Translations under genes and position numbers: made by a program
Notes under the pieces: generated by a model
What the model saw: only the letters and a program-made list of their open reading frames with translations
What the model was told of the DNA's origin: nothing
The model's database searches: none
In this document: positions 1-9,887 of the stretch, piece after piece
Position numbering within the stretch: position 1 is the stretch's first letter
Layout of the letters: each line of letters begins with the position of its first letter
Source of the DNA: Bacteroidota bacterium
Lineage (GTDB): Bacteria; Bacteroidota; Bacteroidia; Chitinophagales; BACL12
Assembly: GCA_029571985.1 (NCBI GenBank)
Contig: JAKQVC010000058.1
Span: 9,150 to 73,149 of the forward strand
Length of the DNA: 64,000 nt
Direction: 5' to 3'

Positions 1-653
1 CTTGTAAAATTGGTTCAGATGTGTATTGTGATACGGCTACGGTTTGCGTTGATGTGCAGTCCGTAAATTTCAATGCACCTTCAGCCGTAAATGATACCGC
101 TGAATTAATTCTCGGTGATACAATCGATATTTTTGTTTTACTCAACGATTTTGACGGAGATGGTGATGGCCTGCTCATTACCGGTTTGCTTACGGATGGC
201 ATATCCGGCATCGCAACTATCAGTGGCGATCATGTCAATTATATACCTGTCGACCTCGGATCTGAAGAGTTTGGCTATATCGTTTGTGATGATAACGTAC
301 CACCCTTGTGCGATACAGCATATGTGTTAGTACGTGCCTTAGAACCGGAAGTGGAAGATGGCGAATTGCACGTCATAAATTCATTTTCACCAAATGGAGA
401 TGGAGATTTTGATGTAGTAACCGTCGACTGGCCGGATAATAATATTCGTTACGGAGTAAAAATTTATGATCGTTGGAATAACCTCATTTATGAAAATGCA
501 GCGAGTGCTGACCAGGGGCCTCTTTGGGATGGGAATTCTAACGTTGAATTTATTTCATCAACCGGTCAGGCACCTGATGGCACGTATTTTTATGTGCTGC
601 GCGTTGATGGTTTATTGGACCCTATTGTTGGATTTATAGTATTAAAGCGATGA
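1..653 (+). CDS. C-terminal part of a large secreted adhesin-like protein ending in a T9SS type B (gliding-motility-associated, CHU_C-like) sorting domain; the 5' end lies outside the window
   Basis: The frame is open from base 3, with no stop before the listed GTG at 21. An acidic Ca-binding-like segment (LNDFDGDGDGL) is followed by a terminal ~90 aa with the type B CTD signature FSPNGDGDFD...IYDRWNNLIYE...WDG...DGTYFY. Confidence 0.8.
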   Translation, partial: CKIGSDVYCDTATVCVDVQSVNFNAPSAVNDTAELILGDTIDIFVLLNDFDGDGDGLLITGLLTDGISGIATISGDHVNYIPVDLGSEEFGYIVCDDNVPPLCDTAYVLVRALEPEVEDGELHVINSFSPNGDGDFDVVTVDWPDNNIRYGVKIYDRWNNLIYENAASADQGPLWDGNSNVEFISSTGQAPDGTYFYVLRVDGLLDPIVGFIVLKR

Positions 654-1615
654 AGATACGTCTACACATCTTAACTGCCTGGATCTTAATCGCGGTTGCT
701 CATCGCGCAGAGGCGCAGTTGCCACCTATGTATGAGCAGTTTAATATGAACCAACTCACCTTTAATCCCGGTTATGCGGGCTCAACCGGTGTATTGGATG
801 CCAACTTCTTTTTTCACCGCAATGCGGTCAACTTTGGAAATGGATCACCTGGCACAGAAGCAATTACTTTGCATACACCATTAGCGAATGATAAAGTAGG
901 CCTAGGCGCAAAAGTATATCGCGATAATATTGGTGTTACCACAACTAATTTTATCGGACTGGATTATGCCTATCGTATACACGTGAGCGATAACCTCACC
1001 GCATCCATTGGTTTGGAAGCATCCATTTCCAGCTATTCAGTTGACGTAACAGAGCTCGATGCGTATAATGGTGGCGACCCATCCTTTACGCAAGAACTGG
1101 AAAGTTACCTGAAGCCAAATGCCGGAGCAGGTATTTATCTGCATTCAGATAGTTATTATGTAGGTGTTTCTTCCGTTTCTTTATTTGGGCTCGTGCCTAC
1201 CAATGCCGATGAAAAAGTGAGCGATAAAACAAATCAGAGTTTTGATGATGTTTTTGTGCTTTATGGAACAGCAGGAGCTCTTGTGCCAATCAATAAAAAA
1301 TTGGCTTTCAAACCAAACGTATTAATTAAAATGGCAGACAGCTTGCCAACGCAAATTGATGCGGGTATTCAGGCAATATATAATAATGCATTTTTAATCG
1401 GCGCCACCTACAGAACAAATAATAGTTTGTCATTTGTTGGTGAATACATTTATAACTCCGATAATAAAATCACCCGACATGAAATTGGAATCGGATATTC
1501 CTTTAATACGTCATTAGTAGATGATGGTATCTATCTGGCGCCTTCGCATGAAATTTTTATTATATACCGATTCGACAGACATAACAATCACTTTGTAAAC
1601 CCACGCTTTTTCTAA
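650..1615 (+). CDS. PorP/SprF-family type IX secretion system membrane protein
   Basis: Signal peptide, an N-terminal QF..NQLTFNPGYAG motif and a beta-barrel-like alternating pattern ending in F. The start overlaps the upstream stop (ATGA). It follows a type B CTD cargo gene, which is the usual position. Confidence 0.8.
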   Translation: MKIRLHILTAWILIAVAHRAEAQLPPMYEQFNMNQLTFNPGYAGSTGVLDANFFFHRNAVNFGNGSPGTEAITLHTPLANDKVGLGAKVYRDNIGVTTTNFIGLDYAYRIHVSDNLTASIGLEASISSYSVDVTELDAYNGGDPSFTQELESYLKPNAGAGIYLHSDSYYVGVSSVSLFGLVPTNADEKVSDKTNQSFDDVFVLYGTAGALVPINKKLAFKPNVLIKMADSLPTQIDAGIQAIYNNAFLIGATYRTNNSLSFVGEYIYNSDNKITRHEIGIGYSFNTSLVDDGIYLAPSHEIFIIYRFDRHNNHFVNPRFF

Positions 1616-3120
1616 TGCATTCCATGCTTTCATATCGTATTGGCTTATTCACCGTGTTTATCAGTGTGGTGCACAGCCTATCGGCACAACCCGACATGAT
1701 GGCGCGTGCAGATAAATTTTATGCAAATGGTGTTTACCCGGATGCAGCTGAAATTTATGTTTCATTTTTGGAACAGGGTTATGACTATATTGTAAATACC
1801 AAATTGGCAGACTGCTATTTTCAAATGGAAAATTGGCAGCAGGCTGAATATTGGTACGGTGTAATAGCTTCGCACAATATCGCAGACGCAGGTACTTTAT
1901 TGCGTTATGCCGATTTACTTAAGTTTAATGGCAAGTATCGCGAAGCAAAAAACTACTATCTGAAATACGCGATTTATAAACCGGAAGGATACTATCTTGC
2001 TTCAACGTGCGATTGGGCTATTACCAATAAATCTAAACAAGGTGGTTATGCAGTTGAACCGGTTGCATTTAATACGACTGGTTCTGAAATGACCCCGACC
2101 CAATTTAAACGCGGTGTCATCTTTGCCCGCAGTAATGGAGATGAAATTAATCCGAATACCGGCACCCCTTATTACGATTTGTATTATGCCGAACCGAGGG
2201 TAGATAATTCCTGGTCGGTTAACCCGATGGAACATGTAAACGCTGATTTCCATGAGGCGGCTCCTTTTTATGATACAAATTCAAAGCTGCTGTTTTTCAC
2301 CAGAAGTAACCATATCAATGACAGAACCATAGTTTCACCTGACGGCCAGGTGAAATTGGAATTATTTTATGCAGCCTATACAGATGGAAAATTTGCAAGA
2401 CCGCGTCCATTGAGCTTAAATAGCCGGGGTTATTCAGCAGGCCATCCAACGCTTTCTCCGGATGGCACTATTTTGATTTTTGCCAGTGATATGGCCGGCG
2501 GAAAAGGAGGTATAGATTTATACTATAGCCTGAAAGTAAACAACGAATGGACAGAACCCAAAAATATGGGAGATGTGATTAATACGCCAGGCGACGAATT
2601 ATATCCTTATTTAGCACCGGATGGTGTGTTGTATTTCTCCAGTAACTATCATGCAGGATTTGGTGGTCAGGATATTTTTAAATCGCACCGTATGGACGAC
2701 CACTGGACTGTTCCTGAAAATTTGGGCATGCCTGTAAACTCATCTCAGGATGATTATGGTTTTACCATTAAAAATGGTTTTGGCTATTTCACCAGTAACC
2801 GCCCGGGTGGAAAAGGTAGCGATGATATTTATCAGGTAACTCAATTGGCGGCCATCAGCACGTTGTATGTGTATGATGTAGATCAAAAACCGGTGTTTAA
2901 AGCAAAAGTAACTTTCGTTGAAGGTGCAAATACTCAAATCATTACCGAAACCGACGTAAATGGTTTGGGTGATGTCAGTACTTTATCGGGTGCATCTACA
3001 TCTATTAAAATCAGTAAGGAAGGGTTTTTAGATAAAGTTATCAATGATATAGGTTCGTTGCGTTCAAGTAATGGTATTTTACCAGTAGAATTGCAACCAT
3101 TACTGGGCACCAACGAGTGA
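1615..3120 (+). CDS. TPR plus PD40/TolB-like beta-propeller repeat protein (third member of the cargo/PorP operon); no clear OmpA C-terminal domain seen
   Basis: Signal peptide and a TPR-like N-terminus (YANGVYPDAAEIY, AEYWY). It has repeated blades of the type SPDG..L.F.S and APDGVLYFSSN, GG.DIY. The start overlaps the PorP stop (TAATG). Confidence 0.65.
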   Translation: MHSMLSYRIGLFTVFISVVHSLSAQPDMMARADKFYANGVYPDAAEIYVSFLEQGYDYIVNTKLADCYFQMENWQQAEYWYGVIASHNIADAGTLLRYADLLKFNGKYREAKNYYLKYAIYKPEGYYLASTCDWAITNKSKQGGYAVEPVAFNTTGSEMTPTQFKRGVIFARSNGDEINPNTGTPYYDLYYAEPRVDNSWSVNPMEHVNADFHEAAPFYDTNSKLLFFTRSNHINDRTIVSPDGQVKLELFYAAYTDGKFARPRPLSLNSRGYSAGHPTLSPDGTILIFASDMAGGKGGIDLYYSLKVNNEWTEPKNMGDVINTPGDELYPYLAPDGVLYFSSNYHAGFGGQDIFKSHRMDDHWTVPENLGMPVNSSQDDYGFTIKNGFGYFTSNRPGGKGSDDIYQVTQLAAISTLYVYDVDQKPVFKAKVTFVEGANTQIITETDVNGLGDVSTLSGASTSIKISKEGFLDKVINDIGSLRSSNGILPVELQPLLGTNE

Positions 3121-3155
3121 TGCCTGATTGTTCATTGTGCGTAATGTGATGATGC

Positions 3156-3995
3156 ATGGCCGAGGCGCAGCAAAAAACTATTTTGGTTACGAATGATGAT
3201 GGCATTCACGCAGGTGGCATTCACGCCCTAATTGAAGCCGTTAAACATCTTGGTCGCGTCGTAGTAGTGGCGCCGGATAAACCACAAAGCGGAATGGGAC
3301 ACGCTATAACGTTAAATGAGCCCCTGCGACTGAAACCTGTAAATCTTTTTGGTGATATCGAAGCATATGCATGCTCAGGCACACCTGTTGATTGTGTAAA
3401 ACTGGCGAAGGATAAAATTCTGCATACCAAACCGGATTTGTGCGTGTCTGGAATTAATCATGGGAGCAATTCTTCTATCAATATTATTTATAGCGGCACC
3501 ATGTCTGCTGCAATGGAAGCAGGTATTGAAGGAATTCCGGCTGTCGGATTTTCATTATTAAATTATGCGGCAGATGCTGATTTTACAGCCGCTGCACAAT
3601 ACGCCACGATAATTGCCGAGCAGGTATTACGGAATGGCTTGCCGGCGGATACTTTACTTAATGTAAATATTCCTTTTTTACCTTTTAACGAAATTCAGGG
3701 TGTTCGCATCTGCAGGCAGGCGCATGCGAAATGGGAAGAAGAATATGATGAACGTTTAGATCCGCATAACAGACCCTATTATTGGCTAACCGGCCGATTT
3801 GTGAACTACGACCAGGGAGAAGATACAGACGAATGGGCGCTTACACATGGTTATGTGTCTGTAGTACCGGTTCAATATGATTTAACTGCACACCATGCAA
3901 TGGCCTATTTTAATCAAAAATGGCAATTGCCACATACTTTGTCACCTAAAAATATACAGATTGACACTTCAGATACGTTTAATAACCTTGGATAA
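3156..3995 (+). CDS. surE: 5'/3'-nucleotidase SurE
   Basis: N-terminal ILVTNDDGIHAGGI motif, GINHGSN and YSGTMSAAMEA motifs; the length is typical. Confidence 0.9.
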   Translation: MAEAQQKTILVTNDDGIHAGGIHALIEAVKHLGRVVVVAPDKPQSGMGHAITLNEPLRLKPVNLFGDIEAYACSGTPVDCVKLAKDKILHTKPDLCVSGINHGSNSSINIIYSGTMSAAMEAGIEGIPAVGFSLLNYAADADFTAAAQYATIIAEQVLRNGLPADTLLNVNIPFLPFNEIQGVRICRQAHAKWEEEYDERLDPHNRPYYWLTGRFVNYDQGEDTDEWALTHGYVSVVPVQYDLTAHHAMAYFNQKWQLPHTLSPKNIQIDTSDTFNNLG

Positions 3996-4001
3996 ATTGA
4001 T

Positions 4002-4319
4002 ATGAGCAAACTTCAGGAAGATAATGTATTTGTTGGCATGATGGTTTCTGTTTTTTTAACAGTAACCATGTTCTATGTATTTTATCAGATTAACCAAAGT
4101 CTGATTGGAAATATAACCATTCAGGGTGAATCGTTTTTCGGCGTACGGGAGCGCTTCATTGCAACGCTGGCTGTTGTATTTAATATTCTACCTTTCTTCA
4201 TTTATATGCGGGTGAGAAAAGACAATTGTATGCGTGGAGTAGGTGTGGTTACTGTTTTGTTCTCCATGTTCATGCTCGTGTATTATTATATTTTAGGTAA
4301 TTACTCAATTTTATCCTAA
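4002..4319 (+). CDS. small hypothetical membrane protein
   Basis: 105-aa ORF with 3 hydrophobic helices, tightly packed between surE and lpxB on the same strand. No recognisable family. Confidence 0.5.
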   Translation: MSKLQEDNVFVGMMVSVFLTVTMFYVFYQINQSLIGNITIQGESFFGVRERFIATLAVVFNILPFFIYMRVRKDNCMRGVGVVTVLFSMFMLVYYYILGNYSILS

Positions 4320-4328
4320 TCTAATCCT

Positions 4329-5468
4329 GTGCGATATTATATCATTGCCGGTGAGGCCTCAGGCGATTTACATGCGGCTAATCTCGTAAAAGAAATACAG
4401 GCACTCGACCCTCATGCAGAACTGAGAGGTATCGGTGGCGATGGCATGCGGTTAGCCGGTGTTGATCTGGTCAGGCATTATCGCGATACGGCTTATATGG
4501 GATTTTTGGAAGTGCTTTTACACTTGCGTAAAATTCTGGCACATATCCGTTTTTGTAAAAATGATATTGCGCAATGGAAGCCGGATGTGCTGATTTTAGT
4601 TGATTATCCCGGATTTAATTTGCGTATCGCACCCTTTGCACATGATCTTGGCATCCAGGTTTCCTATTACATTTCTCCCCAATTATGGGCATGGAAAAGC
4701 AGTCGTGTCGAAATCATTAAAAAATATGTGCATCAGCTGCTGGTAATTTTACCTTTTGAAGAAAAGTTTTATGCGCAATATCAATACCCGGTCACCTTTG
4801 TGGGCCACCCCCTCTTAGATGCTATTCATCAGTTTAAACCTGATGAAACATTTTTACAAACACATCAGCTCAACAATCAAAAATATATTGCCATTTTACC
4901 CGGCAGCCGAAAGCAGGAAATTCGTGTGAAATTACCCATTATGCTCAGTGTAATTGACGCATTTCCTGAATATGCTTTTGTTGTTGCCTGCGCACCCGGA
5001 CTTGATCCGGAATTCTATAAACAGTTTTCGGGAAACCATCGGGTGCAATATATTCAAGGCGCAACTTATCAAATTCTGCAACATGCGCATGCTGCCTTAG
5101 TTACCTCCGGCACGGCTACATTGGAAACGGCGTTATTCCGTGTTCCTCAAATTGTGTGTTATAAGGGAAGTGCTATTTCTTACCATATTGCAAAACGACT
5201 GGTGCATATTAAATATATCTCGCTGGTAAATCTCATTGCAGATAAAGAAGTAGTTCCTGAATTAATTCAACATGCCCTTACACGCGATAATCTGATTAGG
5301 CATATGCAACAATTGATTCAGGCATCCGACGAACGTAAAACCATGCTGCAGGAATACAATTTGCTTGCTCAACACCTGGGAGGTCCCGGTGCATCAAAAA
5401 GGGCTGCTCAGGAAATAATTGCTTTTAAAGAAAAGAAGCGCTCATCCGGATTTGCAATTACTAACTGA
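4329..5468 (+). CDS. lpxB: lipid-A-disaccharide synthase
   Basis: GTG start. It has the N-terminal YIIAGEASGDLHAANL motif, and the PGSR and TSGTATLE motifs typical of LpxB. Confidence 0.9.
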   Translation: MRYYIIAGEASGDLHAANLVKEIQALDPHAELRGIGGDGMRLAGVDLVRHYRDTAYMGFLEVLLHLRKILAHIRFCKNDIAQWKPDVLILVDYPGFNLRIAPFAHDLGIQVSYYISPQLWAWKSSRVEIIKKYVHQLLVILPFEEKFYAQYQYPVTFVGHPLLDAIHQFKPDETFLQTHQLNNQKYIAILPGSRKQEIRVKLPIMLSVIDAFPEYAFVVACAPGLDPEFYKQFSGNHRVQYIQGATYQILQHAHAALVTSGTATLETALFRVPQIVCYKGSAISYHIAKRLVHIKYISLVNLIADKEVVPELIQHALTRDNLIRHMQQLIQASDERKTMLQEYNLLAQHLGGPGASKRAAQEIIAFKEKKRSSGFAITN

Positions 5469-5495
5469 AGTCTTCATCACAAAATCCTTGGGAAG

Positions 5496-5569
<74 letters not shown>

Positions 5570-5696
5570 TTTAAACCGTGTTTAGAAAAACACTTTGGCT
5601 GACATTTGAACTTCTGATAGACATCATCTGACGATAAGTGCAATCAGCTATCAAAGCGAGCACAAAGATAGCTATTTTTGACATCTTTGTTATCAA

Positions 5697-6599
5697 ATGA
5701 CTACCACGCCAATTACAACTATTTCCTTACAAGGATATCCTGTGGATGTCTTAAGGTTGGAGTTGGCTTATCCGGATGTGCAGGGGAATAAGTTCTTTAA
5801 ATTGAAGTACAACCTGTCCACTGCAGTTGAACATGGCTATCGGACAATTTTGACCTTTGGCGGCGCATTTTCTAACCATGTACATGCTACCGCAACAGCC
5901 TGTAAACAACTGGGCCTGCATGCGATTTTTATTATACGTGGAGAAGATGATCCGGACAACCCCACCTGCCGTTATGTGCGTGAACTTGGAATGGAAATGC
6001 AGTTTATCCATCGGGAGGAGTATAAATTGCGCAATGACCCGGCATTTGTACGTCAGCTGACTGCGCAATTCGGAGATGTTTATGTGTTACCGGAAGGTGG
6101 AACAAATGCATTGGCCGTACAGGGCTGTGCTGAGATTCTTTCCGGCATTGCAGATCAATATGATCAAATTGTATGTGCTGTAGGAACCGGTGGAACCCTG
6201 GCCGGCATCATCAATACAAAAGGATTAACCGCGCATGTTACGGGTGTTTGTAGTTTAAATGGTCGAACAGATACGATTTCACCATCCGTGCAGGCGTATG
6301 TGCAACCTCATGCACAGAATGTTCAATGGAAAATATGCTTCGATTCAGCTTTTGGAAAGTATGCCGGGTTTCATCCGGAATTACATGCCTACATGCAACA
6401 ATTTATAGCGCACCATGCAATTATACCTGATCCCATTTACAACGGCAAAATGTTTTATCAGGTTGAACACATTTTGAAAACAGGTGCCTGGAAAAATCAA
6501 AGGATATTGTGCATACATACGGGTGGTTTGCAGGGTTGGGAAGGATGGCATTATCGATATCGGAACAAGATTGCTCAATTGGAAGCATGCAAAAATTAA
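5697..6599 (+). CDS. PLP-dependent enzyme of the 1-aminocyclopropane-1-carboxylate deaminase / D-cysteine desulfhydrase family
   Basis: GNKFFKLKYNL (lysine motif), GGAFSNHVHATA and PEGGTN motifs; ~300 aa. Confidence 0.8.
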   Translation: MTTTPITTISLQGYPVDVLRLELAYPDVQGNKFFKLKYNLSTAVEHGYRTILTFGGAFSNHVHATATACKQLGLHAIFIIRGEDDPDNPTCRYVRELGMEMQFIHREEYKLRNDPAFVRQLTAQFGDVYVLPEGGTNALAVQGCAEILSGIADQYDQIVCAVGTGGTLAGIINTKGLTAHVTGVCSLNGRTDTISPSVQAYVQPHAQNVQWKICFDSAFGKYAGFHPELHAYMQQFIAHHAIIPDPIYNGKMFYQVEHILKTGAWKNQRILCIHTGGLQGWEGWHYRYRNKIAQLEACKN

Positions 6600-8407
6600 C
6601 GCACATATCACGTCCTGGTTATCTGACCTTTTGGTTGGTGCATTTGGCATTGATATTTGTCATGTTTAGCCCATTAGTGCTGCATCCCGGTAATACTATG
6701 TTGAGACCATCGGGTGATGGATTGAAAAATTACTTTACACTGCAGGCATATATAGCCCAGCCGGAAGGTACAGGCACGACGGATTTTACTGCCATGCAAT
6801 ATCCTTATGGCGAATCTGTATGGTATACGGATAATTCACCGGCAATTGCTTTTATCATGCGGGCCTTTTCTCTGCATGTTTCTGATATCAGCAAATATGC
6901 AGTGCCGATATTTAATTGGTTGATGTTGTTGCAAATCATCCTGTCGCCAATTGTATTATTGAAAATACTCCGCAGATTGCTCAGGCATGAATATGTAATT
7001 GTGTGCGGTGCGCTTGTGATCATGTGGATGTCGCCTCAATTGTTGCGCATGTTTACCGGTACCATGAATTTATCCATGATGATTTGGTATTTTCTGGTCA
7101 TTCTGCAAATGCTGCGATTATACGATGCATGGAAAAGCAACTCGAACAAACAAGTTTGGATAGCCTCAGCATGGATATGTTTCATTATTGTTTTAGCCTC
7201 ATGTATTCACTTGTATTATTTATTGTTATTGGGCATGCCGGTGCTTTTATTTGTGGCAATTTATGCTTTGTTAAAACCTCGGCAATTATTAGTCGATTGG
7301 AAATATTACCTATGGCCATCACTGGCGGTTATCAGTGCAGTGCTTATCGTTTTGCTAACGATAAATAATACAGATGCGCATTTGTCGATGCGTACCGGTA
7401 CTCCGGATGGTGTGAGTATTCCGGCATGGCAGTTACGTGCCTATCAGTTTTATAAAGCAAAAGCGGATATTCATGTGTTACCTTTTCTCGGCGGCAGGTT
7501 AAAATATGATTATGAACAGGGCCCATACATGGGATTGTTTTTTTGGCTGTTAGCATCCATGCTCCTGATTCAATATAGCATAAACAGCATTAAAACCCGT
7601 AAGTGGCAGATACCTGTTAACAGGCCTGTAACCGCATCAATTATCGTATTGGTGCTGATTTATTTTACAGGCGCCGGAATGGAAATTGTTGCAGGTAAAA
7701 ATCATTACCTGATGGAAAATTATTTCAATCCGCTGTATTATGTAGCGAAAGTATATCCGCCAATTGAGCATTTTCGATGCATCGGCCGGATGGGTTGGTG
7801 GATATTTTATGCGGCCCATTTTGGATTGCTGATGGTAGTTGACAGATTTGCTTTTGCACACTTCCGAAAAAGTAGTACCATCGTTGTGGCTGTTTGCTTA
7901 TGTCTTACCGGTATAGATATGATAGGTATTGCTTCATTTGCCCGTAAAAACACCAGCACAAATATTTTTTCGGATGCAGCTTTGGCCGGCTTGCCGGATA
8001 TTTCCTATGCCGATTATCAGGCAATTTTACCGATTCCGTATTACAATGTTGGCTCAGAGGAATATGCCTATACGCTGGATGATGTTGATCAATGGTCGGC
8101 ATACACCTATCAGGTACAATTGAAATCTGGTTTGCCGCTGATGTCGGTAAAATTATCGCGGACGCCAAAAACATTTGCCCATAACTATGTACAGATGCTC
8201 ATTGACGGACAGATGCCGGCATCGCTGAGGGAAAAAATGAATGATAAGCCCGTATTGGTGATATATGACGCTTCCGTTACGCCAATGAAGGCTATGGAGC
8301 CGGCGGCAACTGCGAACCGTTTGGCGCCTCAGCTTATTGAAAAACAAAACATGCAGCATCTTCTGCAAATCGGAACGATTAGCTATTATGCGTGGTATCT
8401 TCCGTGA
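6587..8407 (+). CDS. uncharacterised polytopic membrane protein (~606 aa) with a C-terminal soluble domain
   Basis: Long ORF with at least 10 hydrophobic segments, then a ~170-aa non-hydrophobic tail. I prefer the ATG at 6587 (MQKLTHISRPGYLTFWLVHL) to the listed 6509, which would overlap the upstream gene by 90 nt. Confidence 0.6.
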   Translation: MQKLTHISRPGYLTFWLVHLALIFVMFSPLVLHPGNTMLRPSGDGLKNYFTLQAYIAQPEGTGTTDFTAMQYPYGESVWYTDNSPAIAFIMRAFSLHVSDISKYAVPIFNWLMLLQIILSPIVLLKILRRLLRHEYVIVCGALVIMWMSPQLLRMFTGTMNLSMMIWYFLVILQMLRLYDAWKSNSNKQVWIASAWICFIIVLASCIHLYYLLLLGMPVLLFVAIYALLKPRQLLVDWKYYLWPSLAVISAVLIVLLTINNTDAHLSMRTGTPDGVSIPAWQLRAYQFYKAKADIHVLPFLGGRLKYDYEQGPYMGLFFWLLASMLLIQYSINSIKTRKWQIPVNRPVTASIIVLVLIYFTGAGMEIVAGKNHYLMENYFNPLYYVAKVYPPIEHFRCIGRMGWWIFYAAHFGLLMVVDRFAFAHFRKSSTIVVAVCLCLTGIDMIGIASFARKNTSTNIFSDAALAGLPDISYADYQAILPIPYYNVGSEEYAYTLDDVDQWSAYTYQVQLKSGLPLMSVKLSRTPKTFAHNYVQMLIDGQMPASLREKMNDKPVLVIYDASVTPMKAMEPAATANRLAPQLIEKQNMQHLLQIGTISYYAWYLP

Positions 8408-8440
8408 ATTTGCCCTAATTTTGAACATTAAATACTCATT

Positions 8441-9805
8441 ATGGAATTTATCAATCAATACATAGAAACCAATAAGGATAGATTATTGGATGAATTAATC
8501 GCCCTGCTGCGCATACCTAGCGTGAGCGCCGATCCAAAATACAAGGAAGATGTTGCCAGAATGGCTGAGGCTGTAGCCGAAAGTTTGCGCATTGCTGGCG
8601 CTGATGCTGTTCGAGTAAATAATACCGCCGGACATCCGATTGTGACTGCAGAAAAAATAATTGACCCATCAAAGCCGACTGTTTTGTGTTATGGGCATTA
8701 TGATGTGCAGCCGGCTGACCCGATTGATTTATGGGATTCTCCACCGTTTGAACCTGTAATTAAGGATGGAAATATTTACGCACGTGGTGCATGTGATGAT
8801 AAAGGTCAGGTGTTTATGCACGTAAAAGCATTCGAGGCAATGATGCAAAACAATGCGCTGCCCTGCAATGTTAAATTTATTATTGAAGGTGAAGAAGAGG
8901 TTGGCTCGCCAAACCTGGCCACCTTTATTACGGAAAATAAATCATTATTAAGTTGCGATGTCATCTTAATCAGTGATACATCTATCATTGCAAATGATGT
9001 TCCGTCAGTAACTGTTGGATTGCGCGGATTAACCTATATGGAAGTTGAAGTAGTTGGTCCTAACCGCGATTTGCATTCAGGTGTATATGGCGGCAGCGTT
9101 GCGAATCCGATTAATGTATTATGTGATATGATCAGCAGCCTGATCGACAAGGACGGGCATATTACCATAGAAGGTTTTTATGATGATGTGGAAATAGTTT
9201 CTGATGCCGAGCGCACGGAAATGGCAAAAACCCCTTTCGACCTCGAAGCATATAAATCTGATTTGGGCGTTAAAGAAGTAAAAGGCGAAAAAGGATATGC
9301 CACACTTGAACGCGTTTCCATTCGCCCAACCTTAGATGTCAATGGCATATGGGGCGGATATACCGGCGAGGGTAGTAAAACAGTATTGCCATCAAAAGCA
9401 TTTGCAAAAATTTCAATGCGCTTGGTGCCAAATCAGGAGTCGCATAAAATTGCAGACCTTTTTGATAAGCACTTCAACAAAATTGCACCCGATTATGTAC
9501 AGGTAAAAGTTACACACCACCATGGCGGCGAACCGGTTGTGGTGCCATTAGATTATCCACCTATGCAGGCTGCGATTAAAGCAATGGAAAAAACGTTTGG
9601 GAAAAAACCGATTCCTACGCGCGAAGGCGGCAGTATTCCGATTGTAGCCTTATTCGAACGTGTATTGGGCGCAAAAAGTATTTTAATGGGATTTGGCTTA
9701 AACAGTGATAATATTCACTCGCCAAACGAAAAATATGGCTTGTTTAATTATTACAAAGGCATTGAAACCTTGCCTTGGTTCTTTAAATATTATGCGGAAA
9801 TGTAA
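8441..9805 (+). CDS. M20-family dipeptidase (ArgE/DapE/ACY1/CPG2 clan)
   Basis: LLRIPSVSADP, GHYDVQPADP...W..PPFEP and ARGACDDKGQ motifs, EGEEEVGS. Confidence 0.85.
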   Translation: MEFINQYIETNKDRLLDELIALLRIPSVSADPKYKEDVARMAEAVAESLRIAGADAVRVNNTAGHPIVTAEKIIDPSKPTVLCYGHYDVQPADPIDLWDSPPFEPVIKDGNIYARGACDDKGQVFMHVKAFEAMMQNNALPCNVKFIIEGEEEVGSPNLATFITENKSLLSCDVILISDTSIIANDVPSVTVGLRGLTYMEVEVVGPNRDLHSGVYGGSVANPINVLCDMISSLIDKDGHITIEGFYDDVEIVSDAERTEMAKTPFDLEAYKSDLGVKEVKGEKGYATLERVSIRPTLDVNGIWGGYTGEGSKTVLPSKAFAKISMRLVPNQESHKIADLFDKHFNKIAPDYVQVKVTHHHGGEPVVVPLDYPPMQAAIKAMEKTFGKKPIPTREGGSIPIVALFERVLGAKSILMGFGLNSDNIHSPNEKYGLFNYYKGIETLPWFFKYYAEM

Positions 9806-9836
9806 TTTCGCCTGAAATCTTTTCTGAAGCAATTGA

Positions 9837-9879
9837 CACAGAATCAGCAATTTATTAAAGTTGATTCTGTGTTTTTTTT
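9837..9879. terminator. hairpin terminator between convergent genes
   Basis: Perfect 10-bp stem CACAGAATCA / TGATTCTGTG (9837-9846 and 9862-9871) followed by T8 (9872-9879). It lies between the dipeptidase stop and the gpmI stop. Confidence 0.6.
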
Positions 9880-9887
9880 CAGCTGAT

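Noticed and set aside
6509-6586. Upstream extension of the membrane-protein ORF (listed start 6509)
   Set aside because: It would overlap the PLP-enzyme gene by 90 nt. The extension is non-hydrophobic and looks arbitrary. The ATG at 6587 directly precedes the first TM segment.
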